A DNA stretch of 24,000 bases from positions 22,261 to 46,260 of the forward strand of contig NZ_BAXR01000003.1 in the NCBI RefSeq assembly GCF_001310635.1, in the 5' to 3' direction. This DNA is from Bacillus sp. JCM 19034 (GTDB lineage: Bacteria; Bacillota; Bacilli; Bacillales; Bacillaceae_D). A program made the position numbers and the translations under genes. A model generated the notes under the pieces. That model was not told the origin of the DNA and ran no database searches. It saw only the letters and a program-made list of their open reading frames with translations. Of this stretch, positions 8,770 to 17,996 are shown piece after piece. Numbering within the stretch: position 1 is the first letter of the stretch; each line of letters starts with the position of its first letter.

Positions 8770-9168
8770 ATGAACGAAAACAATGGTTTAGAGTTGGAAG
8801 AGCAAAAATCAGAGCTTGGGAAAGTAGAAATTTCTCCAGAAGTTATTGAAGTGATTGCGGGGATTGCTGCCTCAGAAGTTGATGGTGTGGCGACAATGCG
8901 CGGGAATTTTGCTACAGATGTTGCCGAGAAGCTTGGACGAAAGAACCACGGAAAAGGGGTTAAAGTCGAGCTTGAGGAAGATGGTATTATTATTGATGTA
9001 TCAGTAGTGATAACTTACGGGGTAAGCGTTCCTAATGTAGCTAACTTGATTCAATCGAACATTAAGCAAGCATTACAAACGATGACTGCAATTGACGTTC
9101 AAGCAATAAATGTTCACGTTGTTGGCGTTCAATTTGAGACCATTGAACAAAATCCAGAGGAAGTGTAA
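8770..9168 (+). CDS. yqhY: Asp23/Gls24 family protein YqhY
   Basis: LGKVEISPEVIEVIAGIAASEVDGVATMRGN...KGVKVELEEDGIIIDVSVVITYG; position between accC and nusB. Confidence 0.92.
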   Translation: MNENNGLELEEQKSELGKVEISPEVIEVIAGIAASEVDGVATMRGNFATDVAEKLGRKNHGKGVKVELEEDGIIIDVSVVITYGVSVPNVANLIQSNIKQALQTMTAIDVQAINVHVVGVQFETIEQNPEEV

Positions 9169-9180
9169 TCATAGAGTTGG

Positions 9181-9217
9181 AGACAGCCTTGGGGGAACCT
9201 TAGGCTGTCTTCTTTTA
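9181..9217 (+). terminator. Rho-independent terminator after yqhY
   Basis: 9-bp stem agacagcct (9181-9189) / aggctgtct (9202-9210) followed by a T-rich tail. Confidence 0.8.
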
Positions 9218-9583
9218 TCAGTTGGTCACTCTGTGAGTACATTTTAGTTCCTTAATGCCGGGAGTTTTCCTTCCAAATGACTTAGGGGAATAAAATAAAA
9301 AAAGTACAGAATATTAAAGGAGGAGAAATGAAAAGCCTGAAATGAAGTTAATATATTTTACTATTCAATATTTGGTAGGTGTGTTAGTGAAAAATAATCA
9401 ACGATCCAACTAATGTCTTACTATAAGCAAATTAGTGATTATAAACATTACCTTGAGAATTACTGGTCTCCTAAAATGCATCGGACCAATAAACAAATTA
9501 GTCAAGATACTTTTAGTAAGGGAATACTTTTTTACGATTAACTGAAATAATGCTTTTATAAATGTTAATGCACGTAAAAGGCG

Positions 9584-9613
9584 TTGTTCTTTGAAAAGAA
9601 AACATGGTATGCT
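9584..9613 (+). promoter_or_regulatory. Candidate extended -10 sigma-A promoter upstream of nusB
   Basis: TTGTTC (9584-9589), 18-nt spacer, TGG-TATGCT with -10 at 9608-9613; 45 nt upstream of the nusB start. Confidence 0.4.
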
Positions 9614-9657
9614 ATCAACATAACAAATGCAAGTTAACGGTAAAAGGAGTCAAACGA

Positions 9658-10059
9658 ATGAATCGAAGAGTAGCGAGGTTACGAGCTGCGCAGGCTTTGT
9701 ACCAAATGGATCTAGCAAAAAGTGATAAGGAACAGGCAATCGAAAGTGTCTTAGATGAGGGAGAAGAAGCTAGTGAGTTTTTCTTAGAGCTAGTTAATGG
9801 GACGAGTAATTATTTACCTGAAATTGATGAAATCATCACACACAGTTTACAAGGCTGGACAATTAGTCGAATGGGACTTGTTGATCGTGCAATTGTGAGA
9901 ATGATGGTATTTGAAATGAAATACATAGATGATATTCCTGTCAATGTCACATTAAATGAGGCGATTGAGCTTGCAAAAGCGTTTGGCGGTGAAGAATCAG
10001 GGAAATTTGTGAATGGTGTGCTATCTAAAGCACTTGAAACAATTAAGGGGGAAGAGTAA
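9658..10059 (+). CDS. nusB: Transcription antitermination factor NusB
   Basis: ATG 9658 after AAAAGGAG; MNRRVARLRAAQALYQMDLA...VDRAIVRMMVFEMKYIDDIPVNVTLNEAIELAKAFGGEESGKFVNGVL. Confidence 0.96.
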   Translation: MNRRVARLRAAQALYQMDLAKSDKEQAIESVLDEGEEASEFFLELVNGTSNYLPEIDEIITHSLQGWTISRMGLVDRAIVRMMVFEMKYIDDIPVNVTLNEAIELAKAFGGEESGKFVNGVLSKALETIKGEE

Positions 10060-10904
10060 TGAGTGCACAATTATTAAATGGAAAAGAGCTGGCTTCAAAA
10101 AAAAGAGAGCAGATGAAAGAAAAGGTTCAAAAATTAATTTCTCAGGACATTACGCCTGGACTTGCTGTTATATTAATTGGGGAAAATCCGGCTTCACAAA
10201 CCTACGTTCGAGCAAAGCAAAAGGCTTGTGCTGATGTTGGTATTTATTCGAAATTAATTGAACGTTCGGATCGTATTTCTGAAGAAGAACTGTTAAATGA
10301 AATTGATCTATTGAATCAAGACCCAGCGATTGATGGTATATTAGTACAATTACCTTTACCGTCTCACATTTCTGAACAAGCAGTTATTGAGCGAATTGCA
10401 CCTGAAAAAGATGTTGATGGTTTTCATCCGATTAATATTGGAAAAATGATGACGGGTGAAGATACTTTCTTACCGTGTACACCTTATGGCGTTGTCGAAA
10501 TGCTTAAAGAAGCTGAGCTTCCGTTAGAAGGAAAACATGTTGTTGTCGTTGGCCGTAGTAATATTGTCGGAAAGCCAGTAGGTCAATTGCTGTTAAATGA
10601 AAATGCAACGGTTACTTATTGCCATTCACGTACAAGGGATATGAGAGCTTTAACAACTCAGGCAGATATCTTAATTGTTGCAGTAGGGCGTCCAAAATTT
10701 ATTAAAGCAGATGACGTGAAAGAAGGATCCGTAGTTGTTGATGTCGGGATTAACCGTGTTGATGGGAAGCTTTGTGGAGATGTAGACTTTGATGAAGTGA
10801 AGGAGAAAGCATCTTATATTACACCAGTACCTGGCGGTGTTGGACCGATGACGATTACGATGCTTTTAGAAAATACGATACAATCCGCACAACAACGGAA
10901 ATAG
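10059..10904 (+). CDS. folD: Bifunctional methylenetetrahydrofolate dehydrogenase/cyclohydrolase
   Basis: PGLAVILIGENPASQTYVRAK, DGILVQLPLP, VVGRSNIVGKPVGQLLL, TPVPGGVGPMTI. Confidence 0.98.
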   Translation: MSAQLLNGKELASKKREQMKEKVQKLISQDITPGLAVILIGENPASQTYVRAKQKACADVGIYSKLIERSDRISEEELLNEIDLLNQDPAIDGILVQLPLPSHISEQAVIERIAPEKDVDGFHPINIGKMMTGEDTFLPCTPYGVVEMLKEAELPLEGKHVVVVGRSNIVGKPVGQLLLNENATVTYCHSRTRDMRALTTQADILIVAVGRPKFIKADDVKEGSVVVDVGINRVDGKLCGDVDFDEVKEKASYITPVPGGVGPMTITMLLENTIQSAQQRK

Positions 10905-10912
10905 GTGATCAG

Positions 10913-12268
10913 ATGTCCGCTAAATCGATATTTACGATTACGGAGTTAACTCGATATATTAAAAATCAATTTGAGTATGACCCTATTTTACAAAACGTTT
11001 GGATAAGAGGAGAGCTTTCAAATGTCAAGCGCCATAGTCGGGGACATATTTATTTTACTGTGAAGGATGAAAACTCACGTGTTCAAGCGGTCATGTTTGC
11101 TGGTCATAACCGTTATTTAACGTTTGATCCTGAAAGCGGAATGAAAGTTTTAATCCGTGGAGAAATGAATGTCTATGAGCCTTATGGTCAATATCAGCTT
11201 TATGCAAAAGAAATGCAGCCTGATGGAATCGGGAACTTATTTCTTGCATATGAAAAGCTGAAGCAAACGCTTGAAAAAGAAGGGTTGTTTGCAGAGGAAA
11301 GAAAGAAGCCTATACCACGTTTTCCTGAGCGAATTGCTGTCATTACGTCACCAACAGGAGCTGCAATACGTGATATTGTGACAACGATAAAGCGTCGGTA
11401 CCCAGTTGCCCAAATAACGCTACTCCCTGCACTCGTCCAAGGAGAACAAGCACCAGCGTCTATTCAGAAGGCGATTCAGCGTGTTGAAATTGCAGCCTGC
11501 TTCGATGTATTAATTATTGGGCGTGGTGGTGGATCTATAGAAGAGCTTTGGGCTTTTAATGATGAAAGTGTAGCAAGAACAATTGCTGCTGCTCGTGTTC
11601 CTATCATTTCAGCTGTCGGCCATGAGACAGATTTTACGATTAGTGACTTTGTAGCAGATTTACGTGCACCAACTCCGACAGGTGCAGCCGAATTAGCTGT
11701 ACCTGATATTCTAGAGTTAAAACGGCAATTAAACGATTTGACATTACGGCTTAACAGAAGAGTTAATGAAGTGATTTCCCGGGAAAAAGAGCGTCATCGG
11801 AGAGCTTCAAGGTCGTATGCGTTCCGTTATCCTGAGCAATTACTCAAACAAAAGGAGCAACAGTTGGATGTGACATTAGATCGTTTAAAACGAGCAATGG
11901 AAAATCGCCTCGTTCAGCCAGTACATATACTACAAAGGCTTGATCAGCAATTAGTATCTGTACACCCACAACATCAATGGAAACAAGTAAAGGAACAACA
12001 ACAAAGGCTAAAAGATCGATTAAAAGTCTCGATGCTAGAACAGCTTAAACGTAAGCAGATTCCTTTTGAACAGAAAATGAATGAATTAAAGCTTTTAAGT
12101 CCCCTACGATTAATGGAACGTGGTTATAATCTGACTTATGATGAGAATAATAAGTTAGTTAAATCTGTGAAAAATGTAAAGAGGGGTTCACAAATAACGG
12201 TCAGATTAAAAGATGGGTTTGTTCACAGCAATGTCGAAAAGGTAAGTTCGTTTATGGAGGAGGAATAA
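10913..12268 (+). CDS. xseA: Exodeoxyribonuclease VII large subunit
   Basis: N-terminal OB-fold ([35 protein letters not shown]), [43 protein letters not shown]. Confidence 0.98.
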   Translation: MSAKSIFTITELTRYIKNQFEYDPILQNVWIRGELSNVKRHSRGHIYFTVKDENSRVQAVMFAGHNRYLTFDPESGMKVLIRGEMNVYEPYGQYQLYAKEMQPDGIGNLFLAYEKLKQTLEKEGLFAEERKKPIPRFPERIAVITSPTGAAIRDIVTTIKRRYPVAQITLLPALVQGEQAPASIQKAIQRVEIAACFDVLIIGRGGGSIEELWAFNDESVARTIAAARVPIISAVGHETDFTISDFVADLRAPTPTGAAELAVPDILELKRQLNDLTLRLNRRVNEVISREKERHRRASRSYAFRYPEQLLKQKEQQLDVTLDRLKRAMENRLVQPVHILQRLDQQLVSVHPQHQWKQVKEQQQRLKDRLKVSMLEQLKRKQIPFEQKMNELKLLSPLRLMERGYNLTYDENNKLVKSVKNVKRGSQITVRLKDGFVHSNVEKVSSFMEEE

Positions 12269-12272
12269 AGCT

Positions 12273-12512
12273 ATGATAGAACAGAAGGAAAAATCATTTG
12301 AAGAAGCGATGTCAGAACTAGAAAAAGTGGTTGATAAGCTCGAACAAGGTGATGTACCTCTTGAGGAAGCGATCTCGATGTTCCAGGAAGGAATGCTATT
12401 GTCGAAGCTATGCCATGAAAAACTTGAAAAGGTCGAGAAACAAATGGATCAAATTTTGCACGAGGATGGCGAAGTAGAAATCTTGAGCTTCCAGGAGGAA
12501 GAATCATCGTGA
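12273..12512 (+). CDS. xseB: Exodeoxyribonuclease VII small subunit
   Basis: 79 aa [51 protein letters not shown]; directly after xseA. Confidence 0.96.
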   Translation: MIEQKEKSFEEAMSELEKVVDKLEQGDVPLEEAISMFQEGMLLSKLCHEKLEKVEKQMDQILHEDGEVEILSFQEEESS

Positions 12513-13393
12513 AGGAGCTTACTACCTTTTTAAAGTGCAGTAAACAACTTATAGAAAAACGACTTCCCGAGCATATAAATGCGATACAGGCACCTGAACA
12601 ATTAAAAGAAGCAATGCTATATTCTTTAAATGCAGGAGGGAAGAGAATTCGTCCTGCATTTGTATTTGCAACTTTACAAAGCTTTGGCGTTTCAATGGAG
12701 AAAGGTCTTGATGTAGCTTGTGCATTGGAGATGATTCATACATATTCGCTTGTACATGATGATTTGCCTGCAATGGACGATGATGATTTGCGAAGAGGGA
12801 AACCTACAAATCATAAAGTGTTTGGTGAAGCATTGGCAATATTAGCTGGAGATGCATTGCTAACGTATAGCTTTGAGGTTATTGCTAATTTAGATGCAGC
12901 TGTTTCCACTACTCAGAAAGTAGAGCTAATTCGTGAAATTTCACAAGCTGCCGGCCCAGCAGGTATGGTTGGCGGTCAGGTAGCTGATATGGCAGGTGAG
13001 GATCAGCAACTTACATTAGATGAACTCATCTTTATCCATCAACATAAAACAGGTGATTTATTAACAGCATCTGTTATGTCTGGAGCCATTTTATCTGGAG
13101 CAAATGTAGATGAAATGAAGCAATTGCGGAACTTCTCCAGGGAGCTTGGGCTGATCTTCCAAATTAAAGATGATATTCTAGATGTTGAAGGTGATACGGT
13201 ATTAATTGGAAAGCCTGTTGGGAGTGATCAAAACAACAATAAAAGTACATATCCCAATTTACTAGGATTAGATGCAGCAAAACAAAAACTTTCTGAGCAT
13301 ATCAAGTTAGCAAAGGAATATATATACGATATCGAGATAGATTCTAAGCTGTTAGTGGATTTAACTGAATATGTAGCAAATCGTGACCACTAA
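12509..13393 (+). CDS. ispA: Polyprenyl (farnesyl/geranyl) diphosphate synthase
   Basis: Aspartate-rich motifs [16 protein letters not shown] and [13 protein letters not shown]; GGKRIRP; GTG start overlapping the xseB stop. Confidence 0.96.
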   Translation: MKELTTFLKCSKQLIEKRLPEHINAIQAPEQLKEAMLYSLNAGGKRIRPAFVFATLQSFGVSMEKGLDVACALEMIHTYSLVHDDLPAMDDDDLRRGKPTNHKVFGEALAILAGDALLTYSFEVIANLDAAVSTTQKVELIREISQAAGPAGMVGGQVADMAGEDQQLTLDELIFIHQHKTGDLLTASVMSGAILSGANVDEMKQLRNFSRELGLIFQIKDDILDVEGDTVLIGKPVGSDQNNNKSTYPNLLGLDAAKQKLSEHIKLAKEYIYDIEIDSKLLVDLTEYVANRDH

Positions 13394-13408
13394 GTCCACC
13401 TATTACCA

Positions 13409-13438
13409 TTGAGATTTTCATAGACAGCGTGATATAAT
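13409..13438 (+). promoter_or_regulatory. Sigma-A-type promoter for the OLE RNA
   Basis: TTGAGA (13409-13414), 18-nt spacer, TATAAT (13433-13438), placed in the short gap after the ispA stop. Confidence 0.7.
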
Positions 13439-13443
13439 GGTCT

Positions 13444-14045
13444 AACACGAGAGTGGTGCAGTATTCTAGTCAGTCCTCCAATTTTGAAGGCGGGCCTAAA
13501 AATCCGCCAAAGGGCACATCGATGAAGCTCCTTGTTTTGGCTTGAGGCGCCAGCCTTGGGTTTAAGCTGGGAGAAAAGGTAAAAGGGCGATCCACAAAGG
13601 CATGTGGGCGTTGACCCTTTTACTGTGGAGGCCTAAATATCCGTTCAATATTATATTGAGTAAGGAATTTGGGTATGAACCTGTAAGGCAAGTAGGGACT
13701 TGTCTGCAGCGTAGCCTGCCTTGAGTGGAGAACGAGGGGATTATAGAACAAGAAATATTTTGATTGTCGGCCAACAATCAAATATTTTACCTATATGAAA
13801 TCGTCTCTGCAAAAGAGGATAAAAGATTGGCACGGGATTGCTGAGGAAAACTCCTAGACTGTTCGAACGACATTTAAAGAGGATTGCAGTGTAGACTAAG
13901 TGGTAATCCAGTCTGGCGACTGGCGACAGCGCCAATCTCAGTTTAAAGGGAAACCACCAGTGCGGCGACGCATTGGAACTGAGATGGGAAATCCTACTGG
14001 ACCTAAGCTACAGAGTTTACTCTTTAAATGACCACTCTCTTACAT
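13444..14045 (+). ncRNA. ole: OLE RNA (Ornate Large Extremophilic RNA)
   Basis: About 600 nt without plausible coding capacity between ispA and dxs, the known OLE position; perfect end-to-end helix gagagtggt (13449-13457) / accactctc (14031-14039); many internal hairpins (gtaaaaggg 13579-13587 / cccttttac 13615-13623; gattgt..acaatc around 13762-13779); promoter upstream and an OapA-like gene immediately downstream. Confidence 0.93.
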
Positions 14046-14076
14046 AAAATCCCTTAAAAAGGTGACGACTAAATAA

Positions 14077-14685
14077 ATGAAACATATTCAAAAATCGATA
14101 CATTGGAGTATTTGGATTGCCGTTATCACATTGGTGCTAGCGGCTATTTTTTCAGTTATTTCAACGTTCATATTAAGCGGTGTAACGTGGGCTATTGGAA
14201 CTATTATTGTGTTTATGATTGTTGTTATAGGTGTCTTCTTTGATACAATAGGTGTAGCAGCTACGGCTGCAGATGAAAAACCATTTCATGCAATGGCATC
14301 TGAACGATTAAAAGGTGCGAAACAGGCTGTTCAAATAACACGGAATGCCGATCGTTTCGCTAATTTTTGTAACGATGTCATTGGAGATATTTCCGGTATT
14401 ATTAGTGGTACCGCATCTGCCTATGTAGTTCTTCAGATAGCTATGCGTATAGGATACGGAGATACATCTGTACAATACTTAGCGATTTCTGTATTATTTA
14501 CTAGTGTGGTGGCAGCACTTACAGTTGGTGGAAAGGCGATCGGAAAAACACTTGCTATACATTATTCGACGCCGATTATTTTCCAGGTTGGTAGATTATT
14601 ATATCTTTTAGAGGTAAGATTAAAGATTAAAGTATTCTCTACTAATAATGGGAAAAAGAAAAAAGATAAATTGACGCGAAAGTGA
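14077..14685 (+). CDS. oapA: OLE-associated membrane protein OapA
   Basis: 202-aa polytopic membrane protein [35 protein letters not shown]...[35 protein letters not shown]...; SD AAAAAGGTGA; immediately downstream of OLE and upstream of dxs. Confidence 0.88.
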   Translation: MKHIQKSIHWSIWIAVITLVLAAIFSVISTFILSGVTWAIGTIIVFMIVVIGVFFDTIGVAATAADEKPFHAMASERLKGAKQAVQITRNADRFANFCNDVIGDISGIISGTASAYVVLQIAMRIGYGDTSVQYLAISVLFTSVVAALTVGGKAIGKTLAIHYSTPIIFQVGRLLYLLEVRLKIKVFSTNNGKKKKDKLTRK

Positions 14686-14695
14686 GGGTTCCTTT

Positions 14696-16582
14696 ATGAA
14701 TCTAGAGGAATTTACAGACCCAAGCGAATTAAAGCATTATTCTAATGAACAGCTTAAGCAACTAGCGAATGAAATTAGACAATTTTTAATTGAAAAACTA
14801 TCCGTAACAGGTGGTCATTTAGGACCCAATTTAGGTGTAGTTGAATTAACACTTGTATTGCATCAGTTATTTGAAAGTCCAAAAGATAAATTTATTTGGG
14901 ATGTTGGGCATCAAGCGTATGTTCATAAAATTTTGACGGGAAGGGCAGGTCAATTTGACCAACTTCGTCAATATAAAGGTTTGTGTGGTTTTCCAAAGCG
15001 TAATGAGAGTGAGCATGATGTTTGGGAAACAGGTCATAGTTCTACATCGCTATCTGCAGCTATGGGAATGGCGACTGCTCGTGACTTAAAGGGTAGTGAT
15101 GAATCCGTTGTTGCTATTATTGGAGATGGTGCCCTAACGGGTGGTATGGCTCTAGAAGCATTAAATCATATTGGTCACGAGCAAACAGACATCATTGTTG
15201 TCCTCAATGATAATGAAATGTCGATTGCTCCTAATGTTGGTGCTCTTCATAATGTTCTTGGGCGTCTTCGTACGGCAGGGAAGTATAAAAAGGCGAAAGA
15301 GGAGCTAGAGCAATTAATTAAAAAAATACCGGCGTTTGGTGGTAAAATAGCTGCAACAGCAGAGCGTGTGAAGGATAGTTTAAAATATTTATTAGTATCA
15401 GGAATATTCTTTGAAGAATTAGGCTTTACGTATTTAGGTCCTGTTGATGGACATGATTTAGACGATTTGGCTGAAAATATGAAATACGCGAAAAAAACAA
15501 AGGGGCCAGTGCTGGTTCATGTACTTACGAAAAAAGGAAAAGGCTACAAGCCGGCTGAATTAGATGCAAAAGGGACTTGGCATGGGTTAGGTCCGTATAA
15601 AATGGAATCTGGTGAAGTTGTTAAAAAGCCAGGTCCACCTAGCTATAGTGGCGTTTTCGCTGAAACGTTGAAAAAGATTGCACGAGATGATAAGCGAATT
15701 GTCGCCTTGACAGCTGCAATGCCTGGTGGGACGAAATTGGATGTTTTTGCGAAGGAATTTCCAGATCGGATGTTTGATGTTGGAATTGCTGAGCAGCACG
15801 CAACAACGATGGCGGGCGGTTTAGCTACACAAGGGATGAAACCAGTCTTTGCTGTCTATTCAACGTTCCTGCAACGTGGGTATGATCAAGTTGTACATGA
15901 TATTTGCCGACAAAATTTAAACGTTATGTTTGCAATTGATCGTGCTGGTTTAGTAGGAGCAGATGGTGAAACGCATCAAGGCGTGTTTGATATAGCATTT
16001 TTACGTCATTTGCCGAATATGAGAATTTTAATGCCGAAAGATGAGAATGAACTTCAGCATATGATTTATACAGCAATACAATACGACGATGGACCGATTG
16101 CTGTTCGTTATCCGCGTGGAAATGGTTATGGCGTGAAAATGGACAAGCAACTTAAAAACGTGCCGATAGGTAAGTGGGAAGTTCTAAACGAAGGTTCAGA
16201 TGCTTGTATTTTGACATTTGGTACGATGATTCCTGTTGCGGAGGAAGCGATCAAAACGTTAGAAAAGCAAGGTGTATATGTTAAGTTAGTAAACGCTAAC
16301 TCCGTTAAACCGCTTGATGAAGCATTGTTACATGAAATAGCAAAGCAAAATATTCCTGTACTTACGATTGAAGAAGCAGCATTACAAGGTGGTTTTGGTA
16401 GTGCGGTGCTTGAGTTTTTCCAAGAAAATCAATATATGGTAACGATGAAGCGTATGGGAATTCCTGATGAATTTATTGAGCATGGTAGTGTAAAGGAACT
16501 ACTTGAAGAAGTAGGATTAACTTCAGCTAATGTAGTCGATCAGCTGGATACTTTATTGCCAAAGCGTAGACAAAGGGCGTAA
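14696..16582 (+). CDS. dxs: 1-deoxy-D-xylulose-5-phosphate synthase
   Basis: [76 protein letters not shown]. Confidence 0.98.
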   Translation: MNLEEFTDPSELKHYSNEQLKQLANEIRQFLIEKLSVTGGHLGPNLGVVELTLVLHQLFESPKDKFIWDVGHQAYVHKILTGRAGQFDQLRQYKGLCGFPKRNESEHDVWETGHSSTSLSAAMGMATARDLKGSDESVVAIIGDGALTGGMALEALNHIGHEQTDIIVVLNDNEMSIAPNVGALHNVLGRLRTAGKYKKAKEELEQLIKKIPAFGGKIAATAERVKDSLKYLLVSGIFFEELGFTYLGPVDGHDLDDLAENMKYAKKTKGPVLVHVLTKKGKGYKPAELDAKGTWHGLGPYKMESGEVVKKPGPPSYSGVFAETLKKIARDDKRIVALTAAMPGGTKLDVFAKEFPDRMFDVGIAEQHATTMAGGLATQGMKPVFAVYSTFLQRGYDQVVHDICRQNLNVMFAIDRAGLVGADGETHQGVFDIAFLRHLPNMRILMPKDENELQHMIYTAIQYDDGPIAVRYPRGNGYGVKMDKQLKNVPIGKWEVLNEGSDACILTFGTMIPVAEEAIKTLEKQGVYVKLVNANSVKPLDEALLHEIAKQNIPVLTIEEAALQGGFGSAVLEFFQENQYMVTMKRMGIPDEFIEHGSVKELLEEVGLTSANVVDQLDTLLPKRRQRA

Positions 16583-16586
16583 TATA

Positions 16587-17411
16587 ATGGCTAAGAAAGA
16601 AAGAGTTGATGTATTACTAGTTGAACGTGGTTTAGTTGAAACGAGAGAAAAGGCGAAGCGAGCAATTATGGCTGGCCTCGTTTTTTCTGGTACTGAACGA
16701 CTCGATAAACCAGGTTTAAAAGTTGAGCAAACAACACCATTACTAGTAAAAGGAAATGTTATTCCATACGTTAGCCGTGGTGGGTTGAAATTAGAGAAGG
16801 CTCTTCACGTTTTTTCAATCACACTTCAAGATAAGCTCGTCATTGATATTGGTGCATCTACTGGCGGCTTTACCGATTGTGCTTTGCAAAATGGTGCTAA
16901 AAAGGTTTATGCGATTGATGTCGGTTATAATCAACTCGCTTGGAAACTGAGACAGGATGAGCGTGTGATCGTAATGGAGAGAACAAACTTCCGTTATGTT
17001 AATCGAACTGATTTACAAGAGGGGTTACCAAACTTTGCTTGTATGGACGTTTCATTTATTTCACTTCGCTTAATCCTTCCTGTATTAAAGCAATTGTTGC
17101 AACCTTCGAGCGATGTTATTGCGTTAATTAAGCCACAGTTTGAAGCAGGCCGTGAGCAGGTTGGGAAGAAAGGAATTGTACGAGATCCTAACGTACACCG
17201 AACTGTTATTGAACAAATGACGACGTTTGCTGTAGAAGTGGGGTATTCAGTATTAGGACTGGACTATTCGCCGATCAAAGGTGGAGAAGGGAATATTGAG
17301 TTTTTACTACATTTACAAGTGCAAGAGGAAGCGAGTAAAGCGAAGATTAGTCAAGCTGTATCGATTGAGACGGTTGTAGAACGGGCTCATAATCAGTTAA
17401 AATCGGTTTAG
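16587..17411 (+). CDS. yqxC: TlyA family RNA methyltransferase / YqxC
   Basis: S4 domain RVDVLLVERGLVETREKAKRAIMAGLV, then SAM-MTase motifs DIGASTGGFTDCALQNGAKKVYAIDVGYNQLAWKLR. Confidence 0.93.
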   Translation: MAKKERVDVLLVERGLVETREKAKRAIMAGLVFSGTERLDKPGLKVEQTTPLLVKGNVIPYVSRGGLKLEKALHVFSITLQDKLVIDIGASTGGFTDCALQNGAKKVYAIDVGYNQLAWKLRQDERVIVMERTNFRYVNRTDLQEGLPNFACMDVSFISLRLILPVLKQLLQPSSDVIALIKPQFEAGREQVGKKGIVRDPNVHRTVIEQMTTFAVEVGYSVLGLDYSPIKGGEGNIEFLLHLQVQEEASKAKISQAVSIETVVERAHNQLKSV

Positions 17412-17438
17412 AAGAGGTGCTATGGCACTTCTTTTTTT
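17412..17438 (+). terminator. Rho-independent terminator after yqxC
   Basis: 8-bp stem agaggtgc/gcacttct (one G:U), 4-nt loop, followed by a T7 run. Confidence 0.75.
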
Positions 17439-17533
17439 AATAAGAAGTGTTTCTAGATTTTCTTATTGTATTCTGTCTAATTTATGTAGATAATGAAAGT
17501 AGTGAGATATGAAGAGAAAATAGGTGAATGGTT

Positions 17534-17983
17534 ATGAATAAAGGACAACGTCATATTAAAATTCGCGAAATTATTACGAATAATGAAGTGGAGACTCAAG
17601 ATGAATTAGTCGAACAATTAAGACTAGCTGGCTATAATGTGACACAGGCAACGGTATCCAGAGATATTAAGGAGCTCCACCTTGTAAAAGTTCCGATGAT
17701 GGATGGGCGTTATAAATATAGCTTGCCGGCTGACCAACGTTTTAATCCTTTACAGAAATTAAAGCGTTCCCTTATGGATAGCTTTGTTAGTATTGATCGG
17801 TCTGAGAACTTAATAGTCATGAAAACACTGCCAGGTAATGCAAATGCGATTGGGGCGTTAATTGACAACTTAGATTGGCCTGAAATTATGGGGACGATTT
17901 GTGGAGATGACACGATATTAATTATATGTAAAACGAAAGATAAAGGTTTGTCATTAACTGAACGCTTTTTAGAAATGCTTTAG
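17534..17983 (+). CDS. argR: Arginine repressor ArgR/AhrC
   Basis: [54 protein letters not shown]...; C-terminal [15 protein letters not shown]. An upstream in-frame ATG at 17528 is an alternative start. Confidence 0.95.
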   Translation: MNKGQRHIKIREIITNNEVETQDELVEQLRLAGYNVTQATVSRDIKELHLVKVPMMDGRYKYSLPADQRFNPLQKLKRSLMDSFVSIDRSENLIVMKTLPGNANAIGALIDNLDWPEIMGTICGDDTILIICKTKDKGLSLTERFLEML

Positions 17984-17996
17984 GAGTGATGTAGGC

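Noticed and set aside
10013-10234. + strand ORF of 73 aa overlapping nusB and folD
   Set aside because: Out of frame within two well-conserved genes; the translation is low-complexity and unconvincing.
13562-13935. Minus-strand ORFs 13562..13777 and 13741..13935 in the ispA-oapA gap
   Set aside because: They lie antisense inside the OLE RNA, have no recognisable protein features, and stem from the structured RNA sequence rather than coding selection.
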